Shown here: positions 47,076 through 56,737 of the stretch, piece after piece
How the letters are laid out: every line of letters begins with the position of its first letter
How positions within the stretch are numbered: position 1 is the stretch's first letter
DNA from: a virus
Lineage: Duplodnaviria; Caudoviricetes
Reading direction: 5' to 3' (one strand)
Length of the DNA: 60,796 nucleotides
Virus record (IMG/VR): IMGVR_UViG_3300037963_000751
Span: 1-60,796 of that record
Translations under genes and position numbers: made by a program
The notes under the pieces: generated by a model
Seen by the model: the letters and a program-made list of their open reading frames with translations, nothing else
Databases searched by the model: none
Told to the model about the DNA's origin: nothing

Positions 47076-47354
47076 ATGGCAACTAAATATTTATCTTTCA
47101 CTACAGACGTAGGAACGGAATTAGTAAACGCAGGAGCAATTTCTTTTGTTGTACTTCAAAGTGCAACTGAAGTTAGAATGTATGAGCTTACAGGAGCAAA
47201 ACACTTTAAACTAACAACAACAGGTGCAACTCAAGAATTTGTTGATTCAATTAACGCTTCTTTACAACAAGCAGCAGAAACTTCATGGCATAAAGCTGTG
47301 ACTGCGGTAGCAAACACAGGTGTTACAACTATTACAAGCATTACTGTAGTTTAA
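47076..47354 (+). CDS. Small structural/decoration-like protein
   Basis: TATCTTTG box at 47037; terminator downstream. Confidence 0.7.
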   Translation: MATKYLSFTTDVGTELVNAGAISFVVLQSATEVRMYELTGAKHFKLTTTGATQEFVDSINASLQQAAETSWHKAVTAVANTGVTTITSITVV

Positions 47355-47375
47355 TTCCACTTTATTTAAACTTAT

Positions 47376-47414
47376 AAAAGAGAGGGTGTAAAAAAATACA
47401 TCCTCTTTTTTTTT
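47376..47414 (+). terminator. Intrinsic terminator
   Basis: AGAGGGTGTA/TACATCCTCT stem plus T run. Confidence 0.8.
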
Positions 47415-47440
47415 CTTTATCTTTGTATAAACTATAAAAC

Positions 47441-48193
47441 ATGATAGACTCAGTAAGAGAAACAGTTTTATCTATAATAAATAAGAATAACTACGGATAC
47501 ATATCTCCGGAGGATTTTAATCTATTTGCTAAACAAGCACAATTAGATTTGTTTGAAGATTATTTTTATACGTATAACTTTCAAATTAATAAAGAGAATA
47601 CAAGGCAATCGGGTACAGGTTACGCTGATATAAAGAAAGGATTAGCAGAGGTAATTGAATTTTTTTCAGTTAGTGCTGACTTAACTCATATTTCTGCCAA
47701 TACATTTACTGTTCCCACCGCAGCCACAACAGGAAGTGATTACTACCTTATTAATAAAGTATTATTTAATAGTGGTGTAGCTGCTACTCCATTAAGAGAA
47801 ATGGAAAAAGTAAGTCATACTAAAATCACTATGTTGAATAACTCTTTACTTACTGCACCTAATGAAACTTTTCCTGCATACACTTTGGAAGGAGATGTTA
47901 TTACAGCTTATCCTTCTACTATAAATGCAACAGCAGGGCAGAAAGTAAACTGTCAATACTTTAGGTATCCCAAAGACCCTAAGTGGACATACAAAGTTAT
48001 ACCTGTTAATCAAGGTTCTCCTTTGTTTGATTCTACTCAGCCTGATTATCAAGATTTTGAATTACCTTTATCTGACCAACCATATTTAGTGGTTAAGATA
48101 TTAGAGTACGCAGGAATTTCTATTAGGGAAACAGAAGTATATCAGTTTGCTAAGACAGAAGAAACACAAAACATTCAAGAAGAAAGTAGATAA
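47441..48193 (+). CDS. Tail adaptor/ring protein (probable)
   Basis: NKNNYGYISPEDFNLFAKQAQ, YFRYPKDPKW; position. Confidence 0.65.
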   Translation: MIDSVRETVLSIINKNNYGYISPEDFNLFAKQAQLDLFEDYFYTYNFQINKENTRQSGTGYADIKKGLAEVIEFFSVSADLTHISANTFTVPTAATTGSDYYLINKVLFNSGVAATPLREMEKVSHTKITMLNNSLLTAPNETFPAYTLEGDVITAYPSTINATAGQKVNCQYFRYPKDPKWTYKVIPVNQGSPLFDSTQPDYQDFELPLSDQPYLVVKILEYAGISIRETEVYQFAKTEETQNIQEESR

Positions 48194-48195
48194 CC

Positions 48196-49119
48196 ATGGC
48201 ATATTTAACTCAATACCAATATTACGAGAACGGAGGTAACTTACCTGAGAATGCTAATTGGGGTTCATACCAATACGTTAGTTTAGAAGATGTTGTTAAC
48301 AACTTTATGTTAATGTATAATGGGAACCATGAGTTAGTTAATAACGAAGAAAGATATAAGGTTTTATTTCACGCAAAGAGAGCTATACAAGAATTAAACT
48401 ATGATGCGTTTAAAGAAATTAAAACATTAGAGCTTACAGTGTGTGATACATTAAGATTTGTATTGCCTTCTGATTATGTTAATTGGGTTCGTATATCTTT
48501 ATATAAAGACCAAGTACTAAGACCTCTTACTGAGAATATTCAAATCAACGGAGCGACAGCATATCTACAAGACAATGATTGTAGAATATTGTTTGATGCA
48601 AGTGGTAATGCATTATCACCGCAAAACTCTCAACTTGATTACGACAGAATAACAGGGTCAAAGAAAAGCATTTACTTAAATGAGAATAGTCCTTATAATG
48701 GTAGACAAGGATATTGTTGTGATGGTGTGTGGTATTTTGAATATAATATTGGAGCAAGGTTTGGATTAAACACAGAAACCGCTAACTTTAATCCTACGTT
48801 TAGAGTAGATAATAAAGCAGGAGTAATAAACTTTAGCTCAGGTGTAGCAGGAGAAACTATTATTTTAGAATATGTGTCAGATGGTATGGAAGGTGGTATT
48901 GATTCTAATGTTACAGTTAATAAATTATTTGAGGATTACATATATGCATACATTCAATATGCTATTTTAAATAGTAAATTAGGTGTGCAGGAATACATAG
49001 TAAGACGAGCACAGAAAAGTAAATCAGCTTTGCTTCGTAATGCTAAGATTAGAATAAGTAATATTCATCCGGGTAGACTCTTAATGAATCTACGAGGAAG
49101 AGATAAATGGATTAAATAG
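48196..49119 (+). CDS. Tail ring/tubular structural protein (probable)
   Basis: LPSDYVNWVR, ILEYVSDG; position. Confidence 0.65.
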   Translation: MAYLTQYQYYENGGNLPENANWGSYQYVSLEDVVNNFMLMYNGNHELVNNEERYKVLFHAKRAIQELNYDAFKEIKTLELTVCDTLRFVLPSDYVNWVRISLYKDQVLRPLTENIQINGATAYLQDNDCRILFDASGNALSPQNSQLDYDRITGSKKSIYLNENSPYNGRQGYCCDGVWYFEYNIGARFGLNTETANFNPTFRVDNKAGVINFSSGVAGETIILEYVSDGMEGGIDSNVTVNKLFEDYIYAYIQYAILNSKLGVQEYIVRRAQKSKSALLRNAKIRISNIHPGRLLMNLRGRDKWIK

Positions 49120-49120
49120 A

Positions 49121-52100
49121 ATGCCGAACATTCAAAGAAATTTTATAAAAGGTAGAATGAACAAGTCTATTGACGAAAGACTTGTAGCTAACGGAGAATA
49201 CATTGATGCAATGAATGTCCGTCTTGGTTCTACAGAAGATACTGAGATTGGTTCAGTAGAAAACTCTAAAGGTAATACTGCTTTAAGTGATATTACTTAT
49301 AACTCAGTTGCATTAAGTGATGATGCCAAATGTATCGGAGCCTTTGAAGATGGAGCAAGAGAAACAATTTATTGGTTTGTTACTGACCCAAACTTTTCAG
49401 GTAGTACTAACACAGGGAAGTTAGATTTAATTTTATCTTTTAATGTAGCTACAAGTTTATTAACCTATCATGTGATTAGCATTGATGATGGTGGTGGTGT
49501 TAATACAACTTTAAACTTTAATTCTAAATATCTTATTACAGGAGTAGATATGGTAGAGGATTTATTATTCTTTACAGATGATTACAATCCTCCTCGTAAA
49601 ATAAATATTACAAGAAACTATGCAGACCCTAATCCCATAGGAAGTGGAGTAGATGAGTCTACATTAGCAGATGATTTACTTGTAATTAAAGCTCCGCCTG
49701 TAATGGCTCCGAAGTGGAGTTTCCCCGGAGCTAATGCACCTAATCAAGAAAACTATATTAAGGAAAGATTTATTTGTTTTGCGTATAGATACAGATATGC
49801 GGATGGAGAATATAGTGCTACGTCTCAATTCTCAAAGGCAGCATTCTTAGCTTCTAATTATTCTATTGATAGTACAAGTTATTTAAACACAGGAATGACA
49901 AACTTGTATAATCAAGTAGATGTTTCTTTTAATGCAGGAGGTCCTCTTGTAAAAGATATAGAATTGTTATTTAAAGATTCAGATAGTTCTCTTATAAGAG
50001 TTATAGAAAAATTTAATAAAGCAGAAGAAGGGTGGTTAGATAATGTAGATTATACTTATAGGTTTAACAATAGTAAAACCTATACTGTTTTATCAAGCTC
50101 AGAGATATTAAGACTATATGATAACGTGCCACGATTTGCAAAGGCACAAACAATAATGGGTAATAGACTAATGTATGGTAACTATATAGATGGTTATGAT
50201 TTAAAAGATGCTAATGATAATCCTATTAAGTTAAACTATACTACTGAGGTGGTGCAAAGTGCTGTTATAATAGAAGAGTTTGAAGCTAATTTAATTCAAC
50301 TTGTAGATGTAGACTATACAGTGTTTACTCCTGTAACAATAAACAATGCAGGATTTACTATTGATTTAACAGGAAAGCTTTTAAATGAAGGAGCGGTATT
50401 ATCTTTTACCATAAGGTTTAGACATGATTCATTTGCAGGCACATCTCCTCCTACTGAGATTACAGGGAATGTAGATATAGATGTTTCTTTTATTTTACAG
50501 CAAGACTATCCTTCGGTATATGACCTTGCAACAAGCCCTGAGTTTTTAGCAGCAATAGGAACTAATGCTACCATACAACCATTTGCAGACGCATGTCTTG
50601 GGACAACTCTTACAGATGAGATGAATTGTTTGATACCTCAAAACCTTGGGGCATATAGCAAAGTGGATAGTGGTATATCAGCTATAGGACAAGCTATTGA
50701 TATTATTGCTAATCCGGGTAGTAATATTATACAGTTAGATTTAGTTGCAGCTTATTATGTAAATGGTGCGATTAATCTATATGAATATTATGAGATACAA
50801 TTTGTGGATGCGTTTTGGCAAACCACTGACAATCTTAGAAGCCTTCATAGTGATAGAGATTATGAGGTAGGTATTGTATACATGGATAATTTTAATCGAG
50901 CTACTACTGCGTTAGTTAGTGAGTTCAATACTGTGCATGTACCCTGTGGTAACTCAGGAGGAAAGAATCAAATATTTGCAACCCTGCCGGTAGATATGCT
51001 TGCTCCAAAATGGGCAACAAGATACAAGTGGGTAGTTCAAGAAAACGTACACAAGTATGAGACTATATATAGTTTATTCTTTGTAGAAGAAGTAGATACA
51101 AATTCAATATGGTTTTTACTTGAGGGTGAGAATGCAGCTAAAGTAAATAAAGGAGATAGGTTAAAAGTAAAAGCAGATAGTAGTGGTGCAGTCAATGGAT
51201 GTGTATGGACTACAATCCTTGATAAAGAAGCTAAGCCTGCTGACTTTACTTTAGACCCTGCAGACCCTCCTCAGTTTGGGGTTAAGTCTCCATCAGGAGT
51301 ATATGTAAAAGTAAACCCGAACAACTTTGATGCTGTCTATGATAGTAACTCTATAATAGATTTAGGTAAACGTCAATTTGAACAAAAAGATAAAGGAGAA
51401 TATCCTCAACTAAAATATTTTCTTAACTTAAACAATTCCACACAAGACTTTGATATTCCTGTAGGTAGTACAATTAGAATGAACATTGAGTTTAGTAGAG
51501 AGGGTAAGGGTAGTAAATGTGGAAAAGATAGTTACTATTATGACAAGTCTTTTGTTTCATCTCAGAACTATGATAATTTTTATGATTGGTTTGTAGGAGA
51601 TGGAGTGAATTTAACGACAGGTGATTGTGAAGTTAACAACGGGGAGACATGTAACTCTAACATTTTTAATACCAATCCTCCTCCTCCTTCCGGAGCAGGT
51701 ACAGGTACAGGTAATATAACTGCAGAAAACTCTAAAAATTTCTATCAATTTTTTAGAGCGACTCCGACTCACCCAACAAATCCTAATGCTTTGGTATTTA
51801 TGATGTCTTCAGGTACTCCTACTTGTTCAGGTTCAAGCGATAAAAGACACTCATGGATTAAGTGTCAGATAGAAGTATTTAGAGCATCAAGTCAATTTGT
51901 TTTTGAAACAGAACCTGTAGAGACTACACCCGACCTTTACTATGAGGGGAACATGACTTACTTTATAGATGCGAATGGATACCACTTAACAACAAATCCG
52001 GATAGCCCTGATAACCAAGACCAAACTGCAACACAACAAGGAGAAGTTTATCTTGACTTCTTTAATTGTTTTGCTTTTGGAAATGGGGTAGAGAGTTATA

Positions 52101-53734
52101 AGATACAAGACTCAATAACAGGAAGAGCTTTAACTCTTGGAAACAGAGTCGTGTCTGTATCTGCACAAGACTTTAAAGAAGCAGATAGATTTGCAGATAT
52201 AACCTATAGTGGCGTATACAATGATGAATCAAATGTAAATAAGCTAAATGAATTTAACTTAGGTTTATTAAATTTCTTTCCATTAGAAGATTCTTATGGT
52301 GAGTTGCAGATACTACATGGTAGAGCTACTGATATACTTACACTACAAGAAGATAAAATATCTTATGTAACTGTGGGTAAAAATATTTTAACTGATGCTG
52401 TAGGGGGAGGTACAGTAACCTCAGTGCCTGAAGTGTTAGGACAACAAGTAGCACGACAAGATGCTTATGGCATTAGTAATAATCCTGAAAGTTTTGTGGC
52501 GTATGGATACGATAAATACTTTACAGATTCTAAACGTGGAGCAGTATTAAGATTAAAAGGAAGTGCAGGAAGCAATGAACAATTAACTGTAATATCTGAA
52601 GCAGGTCTTAGGTCTTGGTTTAGAAATTTATTTATTGATTATCCTGCCACTCAAAAGCTTGGAGGGTTTGACCCTTACATGAATGAGTTTGTTTTATCTT
52701 CTAATGAAAGACTGTTACCTGCTGAAGAAAAATGTATAGGGTGTGGAGTCTTACAAGACTTATTTATTAAAGCAGGCAAGACATATACTTTTTGTATAGA
52801 GTTAGGTTCAGTAGTAGGCTCCACAAATATTTCTTATAATATTAGCGAGGGTATAGCAGATATATCAGTGGTTTATGATTCAGTTACTACATCCACAGGA
52901 AATGTTTCAGGTGGAGGAGTATTAACTTATAATAAATCTTTACCGGGAGTTACTACGGCAAGCATAACCATTACACCAAATGCAGTAGATACTACACTAA
53001 GTATTCAAGCATTATGTCCCGGAGTAGTTTCATTAACAGTTATTCAAGTATGTGTTACTAACAACTCAGAAGCATTTCAAAGTATACATAATGAGTATAC
53101 TTATACAGATGGAACGTATGTTTCTCCTACTAATTCAACAGGAGTCATCTTTGCTTCAGGAAGTACAAATCCTTTAATAACATCTTATACAAGTTTAACA
53201 GGAGGAATAGGAGATTCTAATTGTCCTACGGATGGAAGTACAGTAACAATGATTTCTAATAAGCTTGGAGCAAACAGCTTTGTGTTTGACCCAACAGGTT
53301 CAGATAAGTTTAGATATTTAAAAACAAATACACTTTATGCGAACAACCCTGCTTCTGTTCAAAGTTTAATTAGTGCGTCTACGCAAGCCACACCTTTAAT
53401 CACTACGTTTGCTCCTAACAGATACTCGGCTGAATTTACTATGCCTTCAGGTGTAAACACATATCTATATTTAATATGGGATTATAGAGATTCAATTCAA
53501 CATGATTTATGTTTTGACTCTGTACTATTAGATTCTTGTTGTGGATGTACACAGCATTGGTATCTAATGAGAAACTCAGCAGATAGTCTTGAAGAGTATC
53601 ACGTTCAATCTCCTGTAGCTTTAACATTAGGAACTTACTATACTCTTATTGGAATGGGAACAAGATGTTTTGAAGTAATAAGCACAACAACAACAATTCC
53701 TACTAAACACATTAACACAACATGCACACCTTAA
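49121..53734 (+). CDS. Tail nozzle/stabilisation protein (P22 gp10-like/muzzle) with a C-terminal Cys-rich extension
   Basis: FIKGRMNKSIDER, FTDDYNPPRKIN, YGISNNPESF, GGFDPY. Confidence 0.75.
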   Translation: MPNIQRNFIKGRMNKSIDERLVANGEYIDAMNVRLGSTEDTEIGSVENSKGNTALSDITYNSVALSDDAKCIGAFEDGARETIYWFVTDPNFSGSTNTGKLDLILSFNVATSLLTYHVISIDDGGGVNTTLNFNSKYLITGVDMVEDLLFFTDDYNPPRKINITRNYADPNPIGSGVDESTLADDLLVIKAPPVMAPKWSFPGANAPNQENYIKERFICFAYRYRYADGEYSATSQFSKAAFLASNYSIDSTSYLNTGMTNLYNQVDVSFNAGGPLVKDIELLFKDSDSSLIRVIEKFNKAEEGWLDNVDYTYRFNNSKTYTVLSSSEILRLYDNVPRFAKAQTIMGNRLMYGNYIDGYDLKDANDNPIKLNYTTEVVQSAVIIEEFEANLIQLVDVDYTVFTPVTINNAGFTIDLTGKLLNEGAVLSFTIRFRHDSFAGTSPPTEITGNVDIDVSFILQQDYPSVYDLATSPEFLAAIGTNATIQPFADACLGTTLTDEMNCLIPQNLGAYSKVDSGISAIGQAIDIIANPGSNIIQLDLVAAYYVNGAINLYEYYEIQFVDAFWQTTDNLRSLHSDRDYEVGIVYMDNFNRATTALVSEFNTVHVPCGNSGGKNQIFATLPVDMLAPKWATRYKWVVQENVHKYETIYSLFFVEEVDTNSIWFLLEGENAAKVNKGDRLKVKADSSGAVNGCVWTTILDKEAKPADFTLDPADPPQFGVKSPSGVYVKVNPNNFDAVYDSNSIIDLGKRQFEQKDKGEYPQLKYFLNLNNSTQDFDIPVGSTIRMNIEFSREGKGSKCGKDSYYYDKSFVSSQNYDNFYDWFVGDGVNLTTGDCEVNNGETCNSNIFNTNPPPPSGAGTGTGNITAENSKNFYQFFRATPTHPTNPNALVFMMSSGTPTCSGSSDKRHSWIKCQIEVFRASSQFVFETEPVETTPDLYYEGNMTYFIDANGYHLTTNPDSPDNQDQTATQQGEVYLDFFNCFAFGNGVESYKIQDSITGRALTLGNRVVSVSAQDFKEADRFADITYSGVYNDESNVNKLNEFNLGLLNFFPLEDSYGELQILHGRATDILTLQEDKISYVTVGKNILTDAVGGGTVTSVPEVLGQQVARQDAYGISNNPESFVAYGYDKYFTDSKRGAVLRLKGSAGSNEQLTVISEAGLRSWFRNLFIDYPATQKLGGFDPYMNEFVLSSNERLLPAEEKCIGCGVLQDLFIKAGKTYTFCIELGSVVGSTNISYNISEGIADISVVYDSVTTSTGNVSGGGVLTYNKSLPGVTTASITITPNAVDTTLSIQALCPGVVSLTVIQVCVTNNSEAFQSIHNEYTYTDGTYVSPTNSTGVIFASGSTNPLITSYTSLTGGIGDSNCPTDGSTVTMISNKLGANSFVFDPTGSDKFRYLKTNTLYANNPASVQSLISASTQATPLITTFAPNRYSAEFTMPSGVNTYLYLIWDYRDSIQHDLCFDSVLLDSCCGCTQHWYLMRNSADSLEEYHVQSPVALTLGTYYTLIGMGTRCFEVISTTTTIPTKHINTTCTP

Positions 53735-53743
53735 TAAAATAAT

Positions 53744-54700
53744 ATGGCATCATTTGGAACATACTACATAGACTCGAATACTTTTGCAGGAGCAACAGGA
53801 GTGTACATAGATGCATCCTTAACTACGGGTGCACCTGATGGATATTATTCGGATGGAATTATAACACGTTTACAAACTGCAGGTGTGTTATCAAGAAGTA
53901 TTTTATGTCCTGAATGTAACCCTCCTTGTTCATCTGCTATAAGCGGTTCAGCATCTACTACAGATGGAGGGGTGTACTATTTAAACTTTGATGCAGGAAA
54001 TAGTTTAGGAGCAATCATTATTACGTTAACACCAACAGGAACTTTTATTCCTGTAGGATTAACTGCAACATATGATAGTGGAGTTTATAATTCTTTTAGT
54101 TCAGTTAATGATGGTTTTCTTGGAGGAACCATGACTAATGCTCCGACTTATGTAGGAGATACTGCGGCAACTTGTAGTCCTTTTGCAGGAGTAATTCACA
54201 CTGAGGATGAATTTGAATATGATGTTTCATCAGGATTGTTTGTTTCTACAGGAACGCAATTAGCCTTTGGAATATCAGCCTCTCAAGTTCAAACAACTAC
54301 AGGAACACCCGGTGCTTGTGTTATGGCTATACCTAAAGTAAACCCATCACCTAACACTGTAGCTTTAGCTATATTTGCTCCCTGCGTAAGCACGACTTTT
54401 TCTATTGATGTTGCGTGTCCTGCATTACTTACTTCTTTTGACAGTACAACTCTACCTGCTGCCACATCAAGTGCGGCTTGTAGTGGAATAGTAGAAGGAT
54501 TATATTATAATGTTCCTGTAACAGGAGTAGCAGGAAGTCCAAACACTCATGATATAATATATACAGATGCTTACGCACAACAAAGATTATCTAATGCGGC
54601 AGGACCGGGATATTATAAATGGGATGATGGCACAGCAAGTGGTGCGTGGTTTGAAATAGATAGTAATAGTGTAATAATTAATAACGGAAGTTGTCCATAA
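53744..54700 (+). CDS. Cys/Thr/Ser-rich structural protein
   Basis: APDGYYSDG; composition. Confidence 0.65.
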   Translation: MASFGTYYIDSNTFAGATGVYIDASLTTGAPDGYYSDGIITRLQTAGVLSRSILCPECNPPCSSAISGSASTTDGGVYYLNFDAGNSLGAIIITLTPTGTFIPVGLTATYDSGVYNSFSSVNDGFLGGTMTNAPTYVGDTAATCSPFAGVIHTEDEFEYDVSSGLFVSTGTQLAFGISASQVQTTTGTPGACVMAIPKVNPSPNTVALAIFAPCVSTTFSIDVACPALLTSFDSTTLPAATSSAACSGIVEGLYYNVPVTGVAGSPNTHDIIYTDAYAQQRLSNAAGPGYYKWDDGTASGAWFEIDSNSVIINNGSCP

Positions 54701-54704
54701 AGAT

Positions 54705-55082
54705 ATGAGTAATTATAATAAACCAAGTTTAAGAAAAAGAATAGTAGCTCAAGTAACCCGAGGAACTAAAGGGGGTAAAGCCGGACAATGGTCTGCTCGT
54801 AAAGCACAGCTTGCAAAAAAAAAATATGAAGCAGCAGGCGGAGGATATAGAGGAGCTAAAACTAAAAAACAAAAAAGTTTATCTGAGTGGACTAAACAGA
54901 AGTGGACTACAGCAAGTGGTAAGCCTTCAAGTAAGACAGGAGAAGTATATGCTCCTAAGAAAACTATAGATAGATTAAGAGGTACAAGTAAGTTAGCTAA
55001 AGCAAATAGAATAAAAAGAAAAGCAACTCGTGCAGGAAAGCAACACGCTAAGCATGGTTTGCATAAAGGTAAAAAAAGATAG
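54705..55082 (+). CDS. Basic protein (DUF5872-like)
   Basis: GTKGGKAGQWSARKAQL...YEAAGGGY...WTKQKW. Confidence 0.7.
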   Translation: MSNYNKPSLRKRIVAQVTRGTKGGKAGQWSARKAQLAKKKYEAAGGGYRGAKTKKQKSLSEWTKQKWTTASGKPSSKTGEVYAPKKTIDRLRGTSKLAKANRIKRKATRAGKQHAKHGLHKGKKR

Positions 55083-55084
55083 TT

Positions 55085-55381
55085 ATGCCAAGTAAATTAA
55101 AAAAAAGAAGCATATTAAAACGTTTAGGATTATCCGGTTATAATAAACCTAAACGAACTCCTGACCACCCAACCAAGTCTCATGTAGTTGCGGCTAAAGA
55201 AGGTTCTAAAGAAAAAGTAATTAGATTTGGTGAGCAAGGTGCAAGTACAGCAGGCAAACCTAAAAGCGGAGAGTCTGCACGAATGAAAGCAAAAAGAAAG
55301 TCTTTTAAGGCAAGACATGCAAGAAACATAAAGAAAGGAAAAATGTCTGCAGCATATTGGGCAGATAAAGTAAAATGGTAA
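55085..55381 (+). CDS. Basic protein
   Basis: GYNKPKRTPDHPTKSHVV...IRFG...SFKARH...SAAYWADKVKW. Confidence 0.75.
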   Translation: MPSKLKKRSILKRLGLSGYNKPKRTPDHPTKSHVVAAKEGSKEKVIRFGEQGASTAGKPKSGESARMKAKRKSFKARHARNIKKGKMSAAYWADKVKW

Positions 55382-55384
55382 ACA

Positions 55385-56194
55385 ATGGCAGAGTACACAC
55401 TAACATATAGCGAGAGTGTTCAAGGGTTTCCCTCGTTCTATTCTTACATTCCTGACATGATGATAGGAATGAATAATTATTTTTATTCGTTTAAAAACGG
55501 AAATCTATGGAGACACAATACTAATGCCAATAGAAATAGTTACTATGGTTTGGCAGCAGAGTCAAGTCCTTCAAGTATAACAAGTGTGTTTAATGAATCT
55601 CCATTAGAAAATAAAATATTTAAAACCATTAACCTTGAATCAGATGACGCTTGGAGTGTCACCTTAAATACAGACTTACAAACAAATGGATATATTGACC
55701 CTCAATGGTTTGAGAAAAAAGAAGCTGCTTGGTTTGCTTTTGTAAGAGCAACCAATACTACACCTGCTCCTGATGCTGAGTACTTGTTGCGTTCAGTTGG
55801 TGGTATAGCTGATTGCACTGCAGTAAGTGGTTCGGGAGGTCCTTCAGCTATCGTGGACTTTGCACTTACTGTTCCTATTGGAAGTATTGTAAGTGTAGGT
55901 GATTACTTTTATTTCGGAGTTTCTCCTACTTACGCACCACAATGGGGAGGAACAATTAGAGAAGTTAATATAGATTTAAAAAACAATATAAACAATATAA
56001 AGGTAGACAACGCTGCTATTGTTGGAGTTAATCCATTACCTGCTGCACCTTTCTATTGTATGTACGTTAAGAACTCTATAGCTGAGTCTCATGGTATGTT
56101 AGGACACTACTGTGAGTTTACATTAACTAATGATAGTGTAACAGCTACAGAGCTTTTTGCAGTAGAGTCTCAAGTAATGAAAAGCTTTCCTTAA
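55385..56194 (+). CDS. Tail structural protein (likely the C-terminal module of the nozzle)
   Basis: TLTYSE...GFPSFYSY, NKIFKTINLES, GMLGHY. Confidence 0.65.
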   Translation: MAEYTLTYSESVQGFPSFYSYIPDMMIGMNNYFYSFKNGNLWRHNTNANRNSYYGLAAESSPSSITSVFNESPLENKIFKTINLESDDAWSVTLNTDLQTNGYIDPQWFEKKEAAWFAFVRATNTTPAPDAEYLLRSVGGIADCTAVSGSGGPSAIVDFALTVPIGSIVSVGDYFYFGVSPTYAPQWGGTIREVNIDLKNNINNIKVDNAAIVGVNPLPAAPFYCMYVKNSIAESHGMLGHYCEFTLTNDSVTATELFAVESQVMKSFP

Positions 56195-56218
56195 AAATTT
56201 CTTATCTTTGTACTTAAC

Positions 56219-56737
56219 ATGGATGTAGTTAAGGCAATAGAAAAGGATTTACCCGAACAAATATTATCTTGCGTACATCAACATAGAGGATTGTTGTGGG
56301 AAAAGATTGAGTCGTTTAGACAGCAATTAGCTGTGGTAAATGGGTCAGTCTCACATCATACTGAAGAGATGGAAGAAGCATTTCCTACTACACACCATAT
56401 TGAAAATGGTTTGTATACTCGGGAAGTATTAATGCCGAAGGGTTCGTTAGTGGTTAGCTTTATACACAAACAAAACCATCCATCATTTTTTCTTTCAGGT
56501 GAGATGTCAATCCTAACAGATGAAGGAGAAATAAAAAGAATTAAAGCACCAATGAAAGTAATGACAGAAGCAGGCACACAAAGAGTAGCTTATATGCACG
56601 AAGACTGTGTGTGGGTTTGTGTTTATAAAACAGATAAAGAAACTGTTGAGGAAGCAGAGAAAGATGTCTATACATTAGACTATAAAGAGTTACCTCAACA
56701 TATAATATTAAACCAAAAACTATTATGTCAGGAGTAG
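56219..56737 (+). CDS. Cupin-fold protein
   Basis: GLYTREVLMPKG...IHKQNH...GTQRVAYMHEDCVW; TATCTTTG box at 56203. Confidence 0.7.
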   Translation: MDVVKAIEKDLPEQILSCVHQHRGLLWEKIESFRQQLAVVNGSVSHHTEEMEEAFPTTHHIENGLYTREVLMPKGSLVVSFIHKQNHPSFFLSGEMSILTDEGEIKRIKAPMKVMTEAGTQRVAYMHEDCVWVCVYKTDKETVEEAEKDVYTLDYKELPQHIILNQKLLCQE

